Shown here: positions 1 through 11,120 of the stretch, piece by piece
Numbering within the stretch: position 1 is the first letter of the stretch
How the letters are laid out: the number at the start of each line of letters is the position of its first letter
From: Chrysomallon squamiferum
Lineage: Eukaryota > Animalia > Mollusca
DNA: 64,000 nucleotides
Reading direction: 5' to 3'
Assembly (NCBI GenBank): GCA_012295275.1
Contig: CM022671.1
Span: 21,948,001 to 22,012,000 of the forward strand
Notes under the pieces: generated by a model
The model's database searches: none
What the model saw: only the letters and a program-made list of their open reading frames with translations
Told to the model about the DNA's origin: nothing
Program-made: the position numbers and the translations under genes

Positions 1-243
1 ATCATATGAATAAGAAGTAAAATTATTAATTATTATTTATTTAAGCAAATCTGAAAACTGGAAACACAAAACATAAAATAATTTTATCTACCATGGAGTC
101 ATCCCAAGAAATTATTTTTATTTTTTTATCCAGTAATCAATTAGTCTTTTTATTATTAAGATAAGAAATACCATTAATGTGGTTTTTTTAATTTTATTTT
201 TATTTAAATAATAAATAAATTAAAAAACTAAAAAATAAAAATA

Positions 244-300
<57 letters not shown>

Positions 301-1139
301 AATAAATAAATAATATAATAAATTATTATTATTATTATCCTAACATCATGCGTACATTGTAGTAAAGAATACCTTCTCAGCTACACTGGCAGCAGTACTC
401 TAACAACAACATCAACAGATTAGAAACATCGTATTACCTTTAATAAATAAATTGTATCAAATTAACTACTATCTTTTCACCAGTCGCTGAAAGATACAAG
501 AAATATTTCGTCTCTGTGTAATACCAGTGTTAACCCATCTGAAAGCAATCTTACTCTAAAAGATTAAATGCTTGCAATAACTCACAACACATTTACAAAT
601 TTTACTGCCACATGCCAGACTGAAGCTAGCAATGAAAAAGCATGTACAGGACAAAAAAATCTTCTTTGTTTTCCGGTTGTTTTTTCTTTTTCTCTTTTTT
701 TTTTTTTTTCTTCTCCTAACCCTCCACCCCTCTTTTCTAAAGAGAAGACATCAAGTGAAAGTTGTTATTTCTTTTTTAAATTTTATCTCAGCCAAAATAA
801 AGTTCAGTGTGTGGTTGTATAGTAACCAGTGACTGTCAGTCTAGGTTCCGATATGCTAAGGTTATGGAAAACTAAATTAGTTAGGTAAATATTATATAGT
901 AGTACTACAACTGGAAAAAAAACTGTCAAATTAAATAATATAAACATTCAGTACAGATATCTTATACACTGAGTGTAATAAGGTCATATGAATTCAGTAC
1001 AGCTGATTAATATATATATACTACTAATAATAATTTTGAACAGTTATGTAAGTAATATTTCCATTACATCAGATAACATGTGTGTATCTGTAAGTATATG
1101 CATCAATGTGTGAATGTTCATATATTAATAATGAATGTC

Positions 1140-1207
1140 TGTGAATGTATGTGTCTTTATGGGTGTATGTATATGTGTATGTGTGTATGTGTGTGTGTGT
1201 GTGTATC

Positions 1208-1245
<38 letters not shown>

Positions 1246-1307
1246 AGTGTGTGTGTGTGTGTATATGTGTGTGTGTTTGTGTGTGTGTCAGTGTGTGTGT
1301 GTGTGTT

Positions 1308-1345
<38 letters not shown>
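1140..1345. repeat. (TG)n-rich microsatellite, representative of many TG/CA/TA tracts
   Basis: Direct inspection. Confidence 0.98.
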
Positions 1346-1347
<2 letters not shown>

Positions 1348-2367
1348 GTTTGTTACCCTATTCTATTTTTAATCTCCATTTCCGGAAACCTGTTTCCTTT
1401 GCATCAAGCTGGATTCTCTAAAGTCAAATCCATCTTGAAAGAAATCTAAAACACAATGAATAACAAGCCCAGGTGTGAATAAATGAGAATGTACAGGTAA
1501 GATAAATATATATATAAAGATTCAAAAGATTTTTCTGATCAGCACTTTCAACGTCTGAAAAATATAAACCATTACTACACACCTGTCAGATATGCATTAC
1601 TCCAGTATATACTTTCTGACAGTTTGTCAGTATGTAAGTATATATACTGAACAGATTTATTTAGTGGACATGGAACATCTTTATCAGTAATGGGTAACAT
1701 AATAATTCCAATGAAATCTGATAAATGATTTGTGTAGTTTTTAAAATTTCAATATCAATAATGTTTTTATTCAGTATATATAATTGTAGTTATAATTATA
1801 TATATCACATTTCACGATGCCTACTAGTTCTATTCAGTATATTTACATGTAGAGTTAAACATATATTTATATATTTCATGATCCCTAATTTTTTTCACTT
1901 AGTATACACAAACAGACATTATATTTATATGTACATATCTATATGAAAATATATATAGATAAAGATATATATATATATCTCCAATTATATCAGCTCTCAC
2001 AACATAAATCAAAATGAAGAAGTCACTTCAAATCTTGTGTCTGATAATAGCAAGAGTATCACTGAAACTGTTACCTAACTATTTTATCTGACAACCTCTG
2101 GAAAGACCACAAATTTAAAAGCCTGGGAGTTTAACAGATAAATCTTCATCTTCCTGTTGAATGCAATCTTTTGTTTCCTTATTAAGCAGGCCAGTGGAAT
2201 GAGCCCTTTGTACATCTAACAGTACCTTTTTTTTTTCCTTTTTTTTTGTGGTCTATTGGATATTTTAATGTTCTTTCAAATATTTAAATTTTCCCATTTT
2301 CAAAATTGGATGCTGCAGTAAGATTCTGAGTGGAAATGAACCTCTTGACATCCATTTTAAATTATCT

Positions 2368-2575
2368 TGTAGTTTAGTGGTTTAGTGCTCACCTGAGGCA
2401 TGGCTGCTATCGGGATCAATACTCCACAGTGCCAGCTTTGGCTTATTTCTAATTGCAACCAATTTCCCAGAACTAGTTTGTCAAAGGCTGTGATATTTGT
2501 CTCTGTTAATGGGATGGTTTATATAAAAGGCTCTTCTTGCTCATCCAACATTTTCTGCAGGTTTCTTCTTTCAGA
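2368..2575 (+). mobile_element. Degenerate tRNA-derived SINE with Nin/Deu-type central domain
   Basis: A-box-like GTAGTTTAGTGG, B-box-like GGGATCAATAC, then TCAAAGGCTGTGATATTTGTC...GGGATGGTTTATATAAAAGG..CTTGCT, resembling the Nin-domain consensus as recalled (not searched). Confidence 0.6.
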
Positions 2576-2805
2576 ATATAAAAGACTTTATTCTCTGAGG
2601 TTTGTTTTCATCTTTTAAAACAATTTTTAAGGTGTTTTCAATTTTATTAATCAAATTCCATCATAAGTCTTAAAAATTTTTTAATACAGAATAATCAACC
2701 AAAAAAAAATTTAAATGTTTTTTTTTTTTTTTTTTACAGTCAAACCAGTGCTTTGTAATGAATCTAGAACTCCTGTTAGACATGGTGTCCAGATAAACTG
2801 ATATT

Positions 2806-2991
2806 CTATTTCTTGTTGGAAATGGATTTATCAGAGGCTTTTGTGGTGTTGTTAGGCAACAGGGAAATTCTGGTTACATCTGCTTGAACTTGTGTAACAA
2901 CTGTTGATTGCATTTGACCATCAAATCTGAACTGTTGATCACTGACTCCATTAAACGTGATGTAACAAGTTAATTTCTCTCTTTGCTGAAA
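2806..2991 (-). CDS. Possible downstream/terminal coding exon of the same gene (FQQREKLTCY...SNKK*)
   Basis: Acceptor ctttctctgtatcAG before 2991 is phase 0, compatible with the 9288 donor. 61 non-repetitive open codons include an N-T-T sequon. Could be chance; the true exon 2 may lie outside the window. Confidence 0.3.
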   Translation of the reverse strand, partial: FQQREKLTCYITFNGVSDQQFRFDGQMQSTVVTQVQADVTRISLLPNNTTKASDKSISNKK

Positions 2992-3169
2992 CTGATACAG
3001 AGAAAGTTTATCAACAGTGTCGTCTTTTGACAATGGGATGAAGGAATAATCAAAAACATATAAATACACTTAATATCATTTAATGTTTCTTGCATAATGA
3101 TGATAGGAAAGAAGAAAACCCTCCTTGAGTCATGAATCATGCATAAATTCTTATTAATTAAGGCATAGT

Positions 3170-3215
<46 letters not shown>

Positions 3216-6200
3216 CTGTATGTCTGTATATGCAAAGCATATGCACACATACATAGAGACACACACATACATATACACACACACATACATACATACACAC
3301 ACACACACACATACACACACACACACATACACACACATCAAGAGAATACATACATTATATGGCCTATGATAAAATAATCGGCAACATTAAACAGCTGATA
3401 TGGAAATAAACCTTTGAATGCATTCGGTTTAAAATTAAATTTTCTGAACTGAAAAGCAGCATTTTCCTTTCATTTGCAAATATCAATACAAACTAATTTC
3501 AGATGACAAAATGTTTTAAAATTTTTTTAAAATTATAATAAAAGAGATAAGAAAAATGAATTTTCAATCAATACTGCAAAGATAAAAAAAAAGAACTGAA
3601 ATAATTTTAAGGATAAACAGATATTAGATATTTCATCAATATATAAATGAACAATGACTTTAATACTGTTGCTGTTGTGACCTAAATTATATTAATCTGT
3701 TCATTTTAGCATGTTTGATATATTTGTAAAATGTGTGTGTGTGTGTATGTGTGTATGTGTGTGTGCATGCATGCATGCATGTATATATTTGCTTGTCATG
3801 AACACACAAGGATGTTTAATAGCACTATAAAATAATACACTGCACATAATGATCCAATATAATACTATACAATGTAATTACCATACAATCCAAAACTGTG
3901 ATATAATCTTAAGGATACTAATAATGTTAATTTATGTTTTAAAGTTTGTGTGTGAGTTTATGTATGTATGTATTTTCAGGTGAAAGTACATTTGTCTGTA
4001 AGTCTGTCTGTATTTAAGTATGTATGTATGTACATATGTCTGTGTCTGTGTATGTATTTATATATGTATGCATATATCTATGTTTTGCATTGTACATCAG
4101 ATAAATGCTTATCTTTGTGTCATTTATCACACTGAGTGTATTAAACATACTTAGTAATATATTTCATTAATTATCTATTTATACTGAAAACTAACAAAGC
4201 ATCATTATAAAATTTTGGCATATGAGAGGAAGTCACAATTTAATTAATCTAAAATTTGTCAGAAACCAACCTAACAACCTCTATTAGAAAACTCTTGTTT
4301 ATTTGAATCATATATAAAGGATTGCCTGCCCCTGTCACTACTCTTCAAAATTATCTGAAATTAAGCACTAAAATATGTTTAAATAAAATAAACCCATTCA
4401 CTGCAGTGCAAATAATAATAATATTGTTATAATTTGTGCAAAATAAAACAAACAAACAAATTAAATAAATAAATAAATAAATAAAAACATCTGGGGGTAA
4501 GTTGTTTCTGATGTAGAACAACTATCAGTATATAATCTACTTCCAAAGTTTTTAAATCAATCTTAGTTTTGCAGTAAAAATCATTTGAAATTTAGGTGTA
4601 GAAAGATGTAATCAGAGACATTTTTATTTTAATGTTAATACTTATTTCATACATACATACATACATATATATATATAAATATATATATAAATAAGTATTA
4701 ACATTAATATGAAAATGTATGTGTATGTGTATATATATATATAACTCCTGCACCACTACCCATGGTTATTTCTTATCCTTATCCTTACCACAGTCTGCTC
4801 TTATCTTTATCATCAAAATGGGGATCATCTTAACTTGCTTCATGATCTGTTCTTATTATTATCCTCATAAAATAATTGCCTAAGTCCCATTCAAATTACA
4901 CATTAAAAGATGTTATTTATTTTTTTAAAGCAGCCATCTTGTTTTTATGGCATCACATTCATTCTTCAGCAATTCATTTGATTTGGCAAACACCACTTAA
5001 TGTCAGTTTGAGAGGCTATCACAGATGTGGCTTTCATGTTGAAGATCTCCTTTAAATCTTAAATTAAAAAAAAATGAAAATAATAATAATGATAACTTCT
5101 GCAGATATTTCCCAAGGCTAAAAAAAACTGATTAGCTAAAACCAGAATGGATTCTGTTACATAAGCATTTCCTTTAGTACAACAAGTGTTGGGAGTTTTA
5201 GCCAGAATGGGAAATAATGACTTAGGCAGTTATCTCACAAGAGCTCCATTATTTTTTAAGATCAAGGTTTTAATTATAAACACCTTTAGTTTTTTTAACA
5301 TCAAGGTCCCTTTTTAAGTTTTAATAACAAACACCTTCTCAAGGGAACAGTTTTCAATATATGAATCATAGAGAAGTAGCAAGAATGGGAAATAATTACT
5401 TAGGCAGTCCTTTTATTAATCAACAGCACAGTTTTGATAATAAACACTTTATCAGAGAGCAATTTTTGATGTACAGAGTCACAGAGCATTAAGCAAGAAT
5501 TGGAAATTATTTAATCAACTGATAAGGAGAATCAGTCAAGTGCTCCATTATGTCTGAGACCTGTCTTCTAATCTCATGTTTGATAGTCACAGTTTTATGT
5601 AACAAGTGTTTCTTATTTTGAGCCAGTTCAGAATATCCTAAAATGATTAAAATATGATTACAGGTTATTTAATCATAACAGAATTATTTGAATCTTTTTA
5701 AAAAAAAAAAAAAAAAGAAACACTGGAACAGATGGTCACTGTACTGGTCAGAAGAGGACAGAGGACAACTAGACATACATGAAAATCAATGACCTCCTGA
5801 TCACTGGAGCAGAACAAAACCGCTGAAGTGAATAAACAAAAATAATCACCAGATTGAAAGCAGTCCATTGAGATTTTTTCTTCTGATAAAGTGAAAAAGG
5901 ATTATATTCTTTATTCTTCAGCTGACAGGCAGTATTTTTTTTTTTTTTTTTTTTTTTTTACCCTCCAACCAAACAAACAAAAAACAGCCTGGCCTAATAA
6001 AGAAAAATGTCATGAATGGATTTTCTTTAGCTTTTTTGTCCTAGTGTATAAATGCTTTTCATTATCGGCAATGGATTAGGCAAGCTTGAAGGAGGAAAAT
6101 AAACAGAGAAAGAAAAAAAAAAAAAAAAATGGCTGATTCGAAGCCATGTTATCCAAAAATTTCAAATGTGAGAAAAATATATTTAAAAATTTTGTAAAGA

Positions 6201-7486
6201 TTTTATGATTCTTGCAGAATGTATGAGAGAAATATTAACCAAAAAAAAATTAAAAAATAAAAAGTTGAAAAATAAAAATAAAGTAAAACAGAGAAAAAAA
6301 GAAAAACAAAGTCCATAGTATAAAAAAAAAAAAGAGAACTGCTCAATACTTTATTTGTCAAAGCCATCCATATGAAGTGAATTCAATAGTCCACATTAAA
6401 TCAGAATGGTATTGAATATAAAGAAAGGTGGAGGGAAAAAAAAAATCTTTAGAAATATCTTAATATGAGCTAAATAATCTATTCAACAAAACAAAAAGGT
6501 CACGTGACTAGGAAACAGATGTCTTCACCTGAATATGTAATTGTTCCTAACAAGAAGAAAATGTTTTTAAAACTATGCTGTTAGTGCAGAGTTGTTTACT
6601 ACACATGTTTACTGTTTAAACTGATTAATTAAAAAAAATAAAAAAAATATTATATATTAAATTTGAATAATTTATTTTTAAAATTACTGTTAAAAAAAAT
6701 AAAAAAATAAAAATATAATTACATTCAGTTATTTTTCAGTTCTAAATTAGAAAATGGATCAAATAACTCTGATTTGTAAGAGTATAACAGTATTTATAAA
6801 GAAAAGTGTTAACAAAAAAACTACTCTGCTTGTTGTGAATGTCTTAAACCAGCAGACAATGACAATTAAAACGTGTAATATTTAATTAACAAAAGATGTC
6901 AGTGGCACCAACAAAGATTATGAGATTATTACCACAACTGTGTGATGGTTTAAATTATTTTCTAAAACCACAATAATTAGCAAATGCTTAACAGTGCCAG
7001 AGTAGAAAATATATCAGCTGTTAGTTACCATACAGCTGATAACTGTGTAACAACATTGTGTAGTTATTAAGGACAACAAAATTTAAAAAATGAAAAAAAT
7101 AAAAAAAAAAAAAGTATAAATATGAATAGTGGATAATATAAAAATGTGGATTAGGCTTTTTTTGTATCTTTAATTCTGTTACTTCAAAATATTTTTATTT
7201 GCTATTAATAATTTCATTTTTTTTTTTTTTTTTTTTTCAAGACATTTTGAGAAATAATATGTATATGTTTCTGAATATGAGTGTGTGGATATGTGATTCA
7301 GGTATATATGTACATGAATGTATGTTTTGTTTGTATGTAAATTTTATGTATGGATATTTGTATGAATTTTTGTATGAATGTACGTACATACATACATACA
7401 TACATATATATATGTGTGTATGCATGTTTGTAAATGTGTAATGGGTGTTGCATTTGTATAAATATAAATACATGTATATATATATA

Positions 7487-7522
<36 letters not shown>

Positions 7523-8047
7523 CACATATATATGTACATATATACATTTTCATGTACATTTGTTTATTTGTATAATTTTAAGAACAAACAAAAGTATTCA
7601 TGTTTTTTCTTTCTTTTCAAGGCACCAGGTTTGTTTGCTTCATTAGTTTGTTTTCTTTGAAAAGGCATGATTAAGTTCACAGTACGTAATGTGCCGTGCA
7701 ATGTCTTTGCATTCAAAGCTTTCCTACATTGACCAATTATAATCTTGGCTACGGTTTATCTTTTTATATATAATTAATATTTGGTAAGTTGTGTCAGATC
7801 TGGCGTCTCTCCAGAGGCAGTTAATGTTCCAAAAGATTTAGTGGAATATTGTTTTTAGGCCACACACAAATATAAAATAATTCATTCATGAATATGCACC
7901 CCCCACTCACACACACAAACCACAACTATATATATAGTAGATACATACATATAAACATATGTACTTAAATGTATGCATATATGAATATATACACATTCAT
8001 AAATATGCACAACATATGCACATACAAACATAGTGAGATACATAGAT

Positions 8048-8082
<35 letters not shown>

Positions 8083-8599
8083 CATATGTACATACACACC
8101 ACAACACATACAAACAAATAAACATACATACAATAAAAACATAAATAAACACATCACATAATTTACACTTATACTCTCTTTCTCAATCTCTCTCTCTCTC
8201 TCTCTCTCTTTCTTTTCTTCTCTCTTCAACCTAACAGTTTGTTTCTGTCACCCAGACACACTCTGATTTGTAATTAAATAATTCAATAGGACTGTGCCAG
8301 ACATCAGGAAATAAACAAATTAAGAATGATCAGTCTCATAAAAGGTTATATTTAAGCATTCAGTGCAAGCTGGGAGCCAGATTAAACACACACGAAAGCT
8401 TTGCCAAGATGTTTAAGTCATTTCGCTTCCTAATTTCATACAGTCTCATTTCTCTGTGTGAATGAATGTCCAGTTGACCGGAGGGCAGTTACTCAGACCA
8501 CTCGAAAAACCAAGTTAGAGTAAAGAACTTGTCGAAAATTATCTTCAAGATTACGTTAAATGAAAAAAAATTGTATTATAAAAAGAATTCTCTTCAGAT

Positions 8600-9175
8600 A
8601 TTTAAAGTTAATATTAGAAATGGAAGATGTTTCAATTTTCTTGAATGGTGTAATGTAATGATCTGCTTAAACTCTTTTTTAAAATCAATATATATATATA
8701 TGAAACATGTTTCAGTTTTCCTGGAAATTTCTTGAATGGTATGTAACAAATGAATCTGCTAAAGAGAACTTATTAAAATAAATACTGAAATCAATATAAA
8801 AATGAAACATGTTTCAATTTCTTGAATGGTATATACCAAAAGAATATGTTAAAGAACTCATGCTGAAATCAATATACAAATGAAACACATTTCAGTATCT
8901 TGGAATCTTCTTGAATGGTATGTAACAAAAGAATCCACCAGAACTCTTTTAAAATAATGAAACGAATATAAAAATGAAAATTGTTTCAACATCTTGGAAT
9001 CTTCTTGAATGGTATGTAACAAAAGAATCCACCAGAACTCTTTTTAAAATATTGAAATGAATACAAAAATGAAAATTGTTTCAACATCTTGGAATCTTCT
9101 TCAGTACTATGTAACAAAAGAATCTACTAGAACTCTTTTTAAAATATTGAAACGAATACAAAAATGAAGCATGTT
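8600..9175. repeat. Degenerate tandem repeat, ~94-95 bp unit, about 6 copies
   Basis: Recurrent TCTTGAATGGTATGTAACAAAAGAATC; unit starts at about 8891, 8985, 9080. Confidence 0.85.
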
Positions 9176-9287
9176 CTTTGAAAACCTATGATTAAGTTCA
9201 ACGTGTGTAACGTACCAGAACTAGGGTCTTATTAATGATATAATAATAAAAACAACACCTAAAAAATGTCCAGAGTAACCAACTAAC

Positions 9288-9587
9288 CTGTGCCAGTCTT
9301 TCCAGGAGAGCTCTGTGTCTGTCTGCAACCTGTCTTCCAGCCTTCGCTGCCCGCCTCATTCCAGCCCTCTTCCTCCATGCATCGTCCTTGCCGTCGCTCA
9401 GCTGGAGGCTGCGGTAGATGTTGAGGTGGCCGTCCACATGGATGTTGAGGTCAGGCTGGGGGCGCAGCCACGGCAGGTGCCTGCTCATGTTTATCGTCAT
9501 GGCGATGGAGAGGACCATGATGAGGATGAGGAAGAGGAAGAGATCTCGCAGCGAGCGAATGCTCCACTTGCAGACACGAAGCACCAT
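9288..9587 (-). CDS. First coding exon (100 codons) of a type II single-pass membrane/secretory-pathway protein (signal anchor plus luminal stem); family not identifiable
   Basis: GC-rich island in AT-rich DNA. Acceptor tgtgtgttgcAG before 9602, ATG at 9587, phase-0 donor CAG|GTTAGT at 9288. Translation MVLRVCKWSIRSLRDLFLFLILIMVLSIAMTINM...LLERLAQ shows a short basic N-tail, a ~19-aa hydrophobic segment and a hydrophilic stem. Confidence 0.85.
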
Positions 9588-9619
9588 CCTTCATCCCTAC
9601 CCCTGCAACACACAACATT

Positions 9620-10280
9620 TTACTGTTATTATTACTGTTATTACTGTTATTTGTTACTGTTATTACTGTTACTGCTGCTGTTATGATTATTATTATTACT
9701 GTTATTACTGTTATTGTTGTTATTATTATTGTTATTGCTCCACTTGCAGACATGAAGCACCATCCTTCATCCCTACCCCTGCAAGACAGAACATTATACT
9801 GTTATTATTACTGTTATTACTATTATTTGTTGTTGTTATTATTACTGTTATTGTTATTGTTACTGTTGATATTATTATTGTTATTATTAGTTATTGTTAT
9901 TGCTGTTGTTATTATTATTGTTGTTATTGTTATTATTATTGTTATTGATGTTATTATTGTTGTTGTTATTATTGTTTTTGTTGTTGTTATTGCTGTTGTT
10001 ATTATTGTTATTATTATTGTTAATGCTGTTATTATTATGGTTATTGTTATTATTGTTTTTGTTGTTGTTATTATTGTTGTTGTTATTTGTTATTATTGTT
10101 ATTATTATTATTACATTATTGCTGTTATTCCTATTTTTGTCATTGTTATTATTGTTATTGATGTTGTTATTATTACTGTCATTGTTGTTGTTATTACAAT
10201 CATTATTATTACTGTTACTGTAATTGTTGTTGTTGTTTGTTGATGCTATTGCAGCTGTTGTAACTGTTATTACTATTATG
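9620..10280. repeat. Compound trinucleotide (TTA/TTG/CTG) low-complexity tract
   Basis: Direct inspection. Confidence 0.95.
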
Positions 10281-10669
10281 CTACTTCAAATATTGCTGTT
10301 GTTGATAAACTAAACAAAAAAAAACTGACCTTGTATGTGAATATCAAAACAATGAAATGCATTTGGCCTTGATAATACACTAACATTTGCATGTGTGACA
10401 CTTTCTTATCAAAATCTTTGTCACACAGAAATTGTGAGCAAGTAGTTACTATTACAGATAGCCAGTGGTCAAGCGAGGCTGGGTTCACAGATAACCAAGC
10501 CCACTAGTTTAAGTGACCAGGACAGATGTTATATAAGTTGTTTAATCTGGGTAATTTAAAACCAGATAGTGAATGGGTGGGGATGAAATACAGCACTTAG
10601 AAAATACACGCAGCAGGTCTTAATACCACTGGCCTTGGCTCTTTCAACCAGATGTGTATTATTATACAC

Positions 10670-11120
10670 AGAGCTGATTCTGACCATCATAGAACTGACC
10701 TTGGACATAATAGAACTGACCTTGGACATTACAGAACTGACCTTGGACATTAGAGAACTGATCTTGGACATAACAGAACTGATCTTGCACATTAGAGAAC
10801 TGACCTTGGATATCATAGAATTGACCTTGGACATTACAGAACTGACCTTGGACATCATAGAACTGACCCTGGACATCACATAATTGGCTTTGGACACAAG
10901 AGAACTAACCCTAAATATAATATAACTGACCTTGGATTTTGTAAAATTTACCTTGGACATTTGAGAATTGATCTTGGACATTTGAGAATTGACCTTGGAT
11001 ATTTTTTTAATGACCTTGGGCTTTATAGAACTGATCTAGAAAAGTATAGAACTGATCCTGAATTTTTTAGAATTGACCTTGAACATTATAGAACTATCCT
11101 TGGACATTAAAAAACTAACC
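10670..11120. repeat. 21-bp minisatellite (AGAACTGACCTTGGACATYAY), about 21 copies
   Basis: Strict 21-nt register from about 10675 to 11116. Confidence 0.95.

Noticed and set aside
1356-1445. Minus-strand exon (FFQDGFDFRESSLMQRKQ..)
   Set aside because: Acceptor and donor are plausible, but the phase is incompatible with the 9288 donor and all frames stop before the donor.
9315-10243. Overlapping + strand ORFs
   Set aside because: Antisense shadow of the real exon plus trinucleotide repeats.
10556-10981. 141-aa ORF with 7-aa repeats (MSKVSS..)
   Set aside because: Translation of the 21-bp minisatellite, open on both strands, with no supporting splice context.
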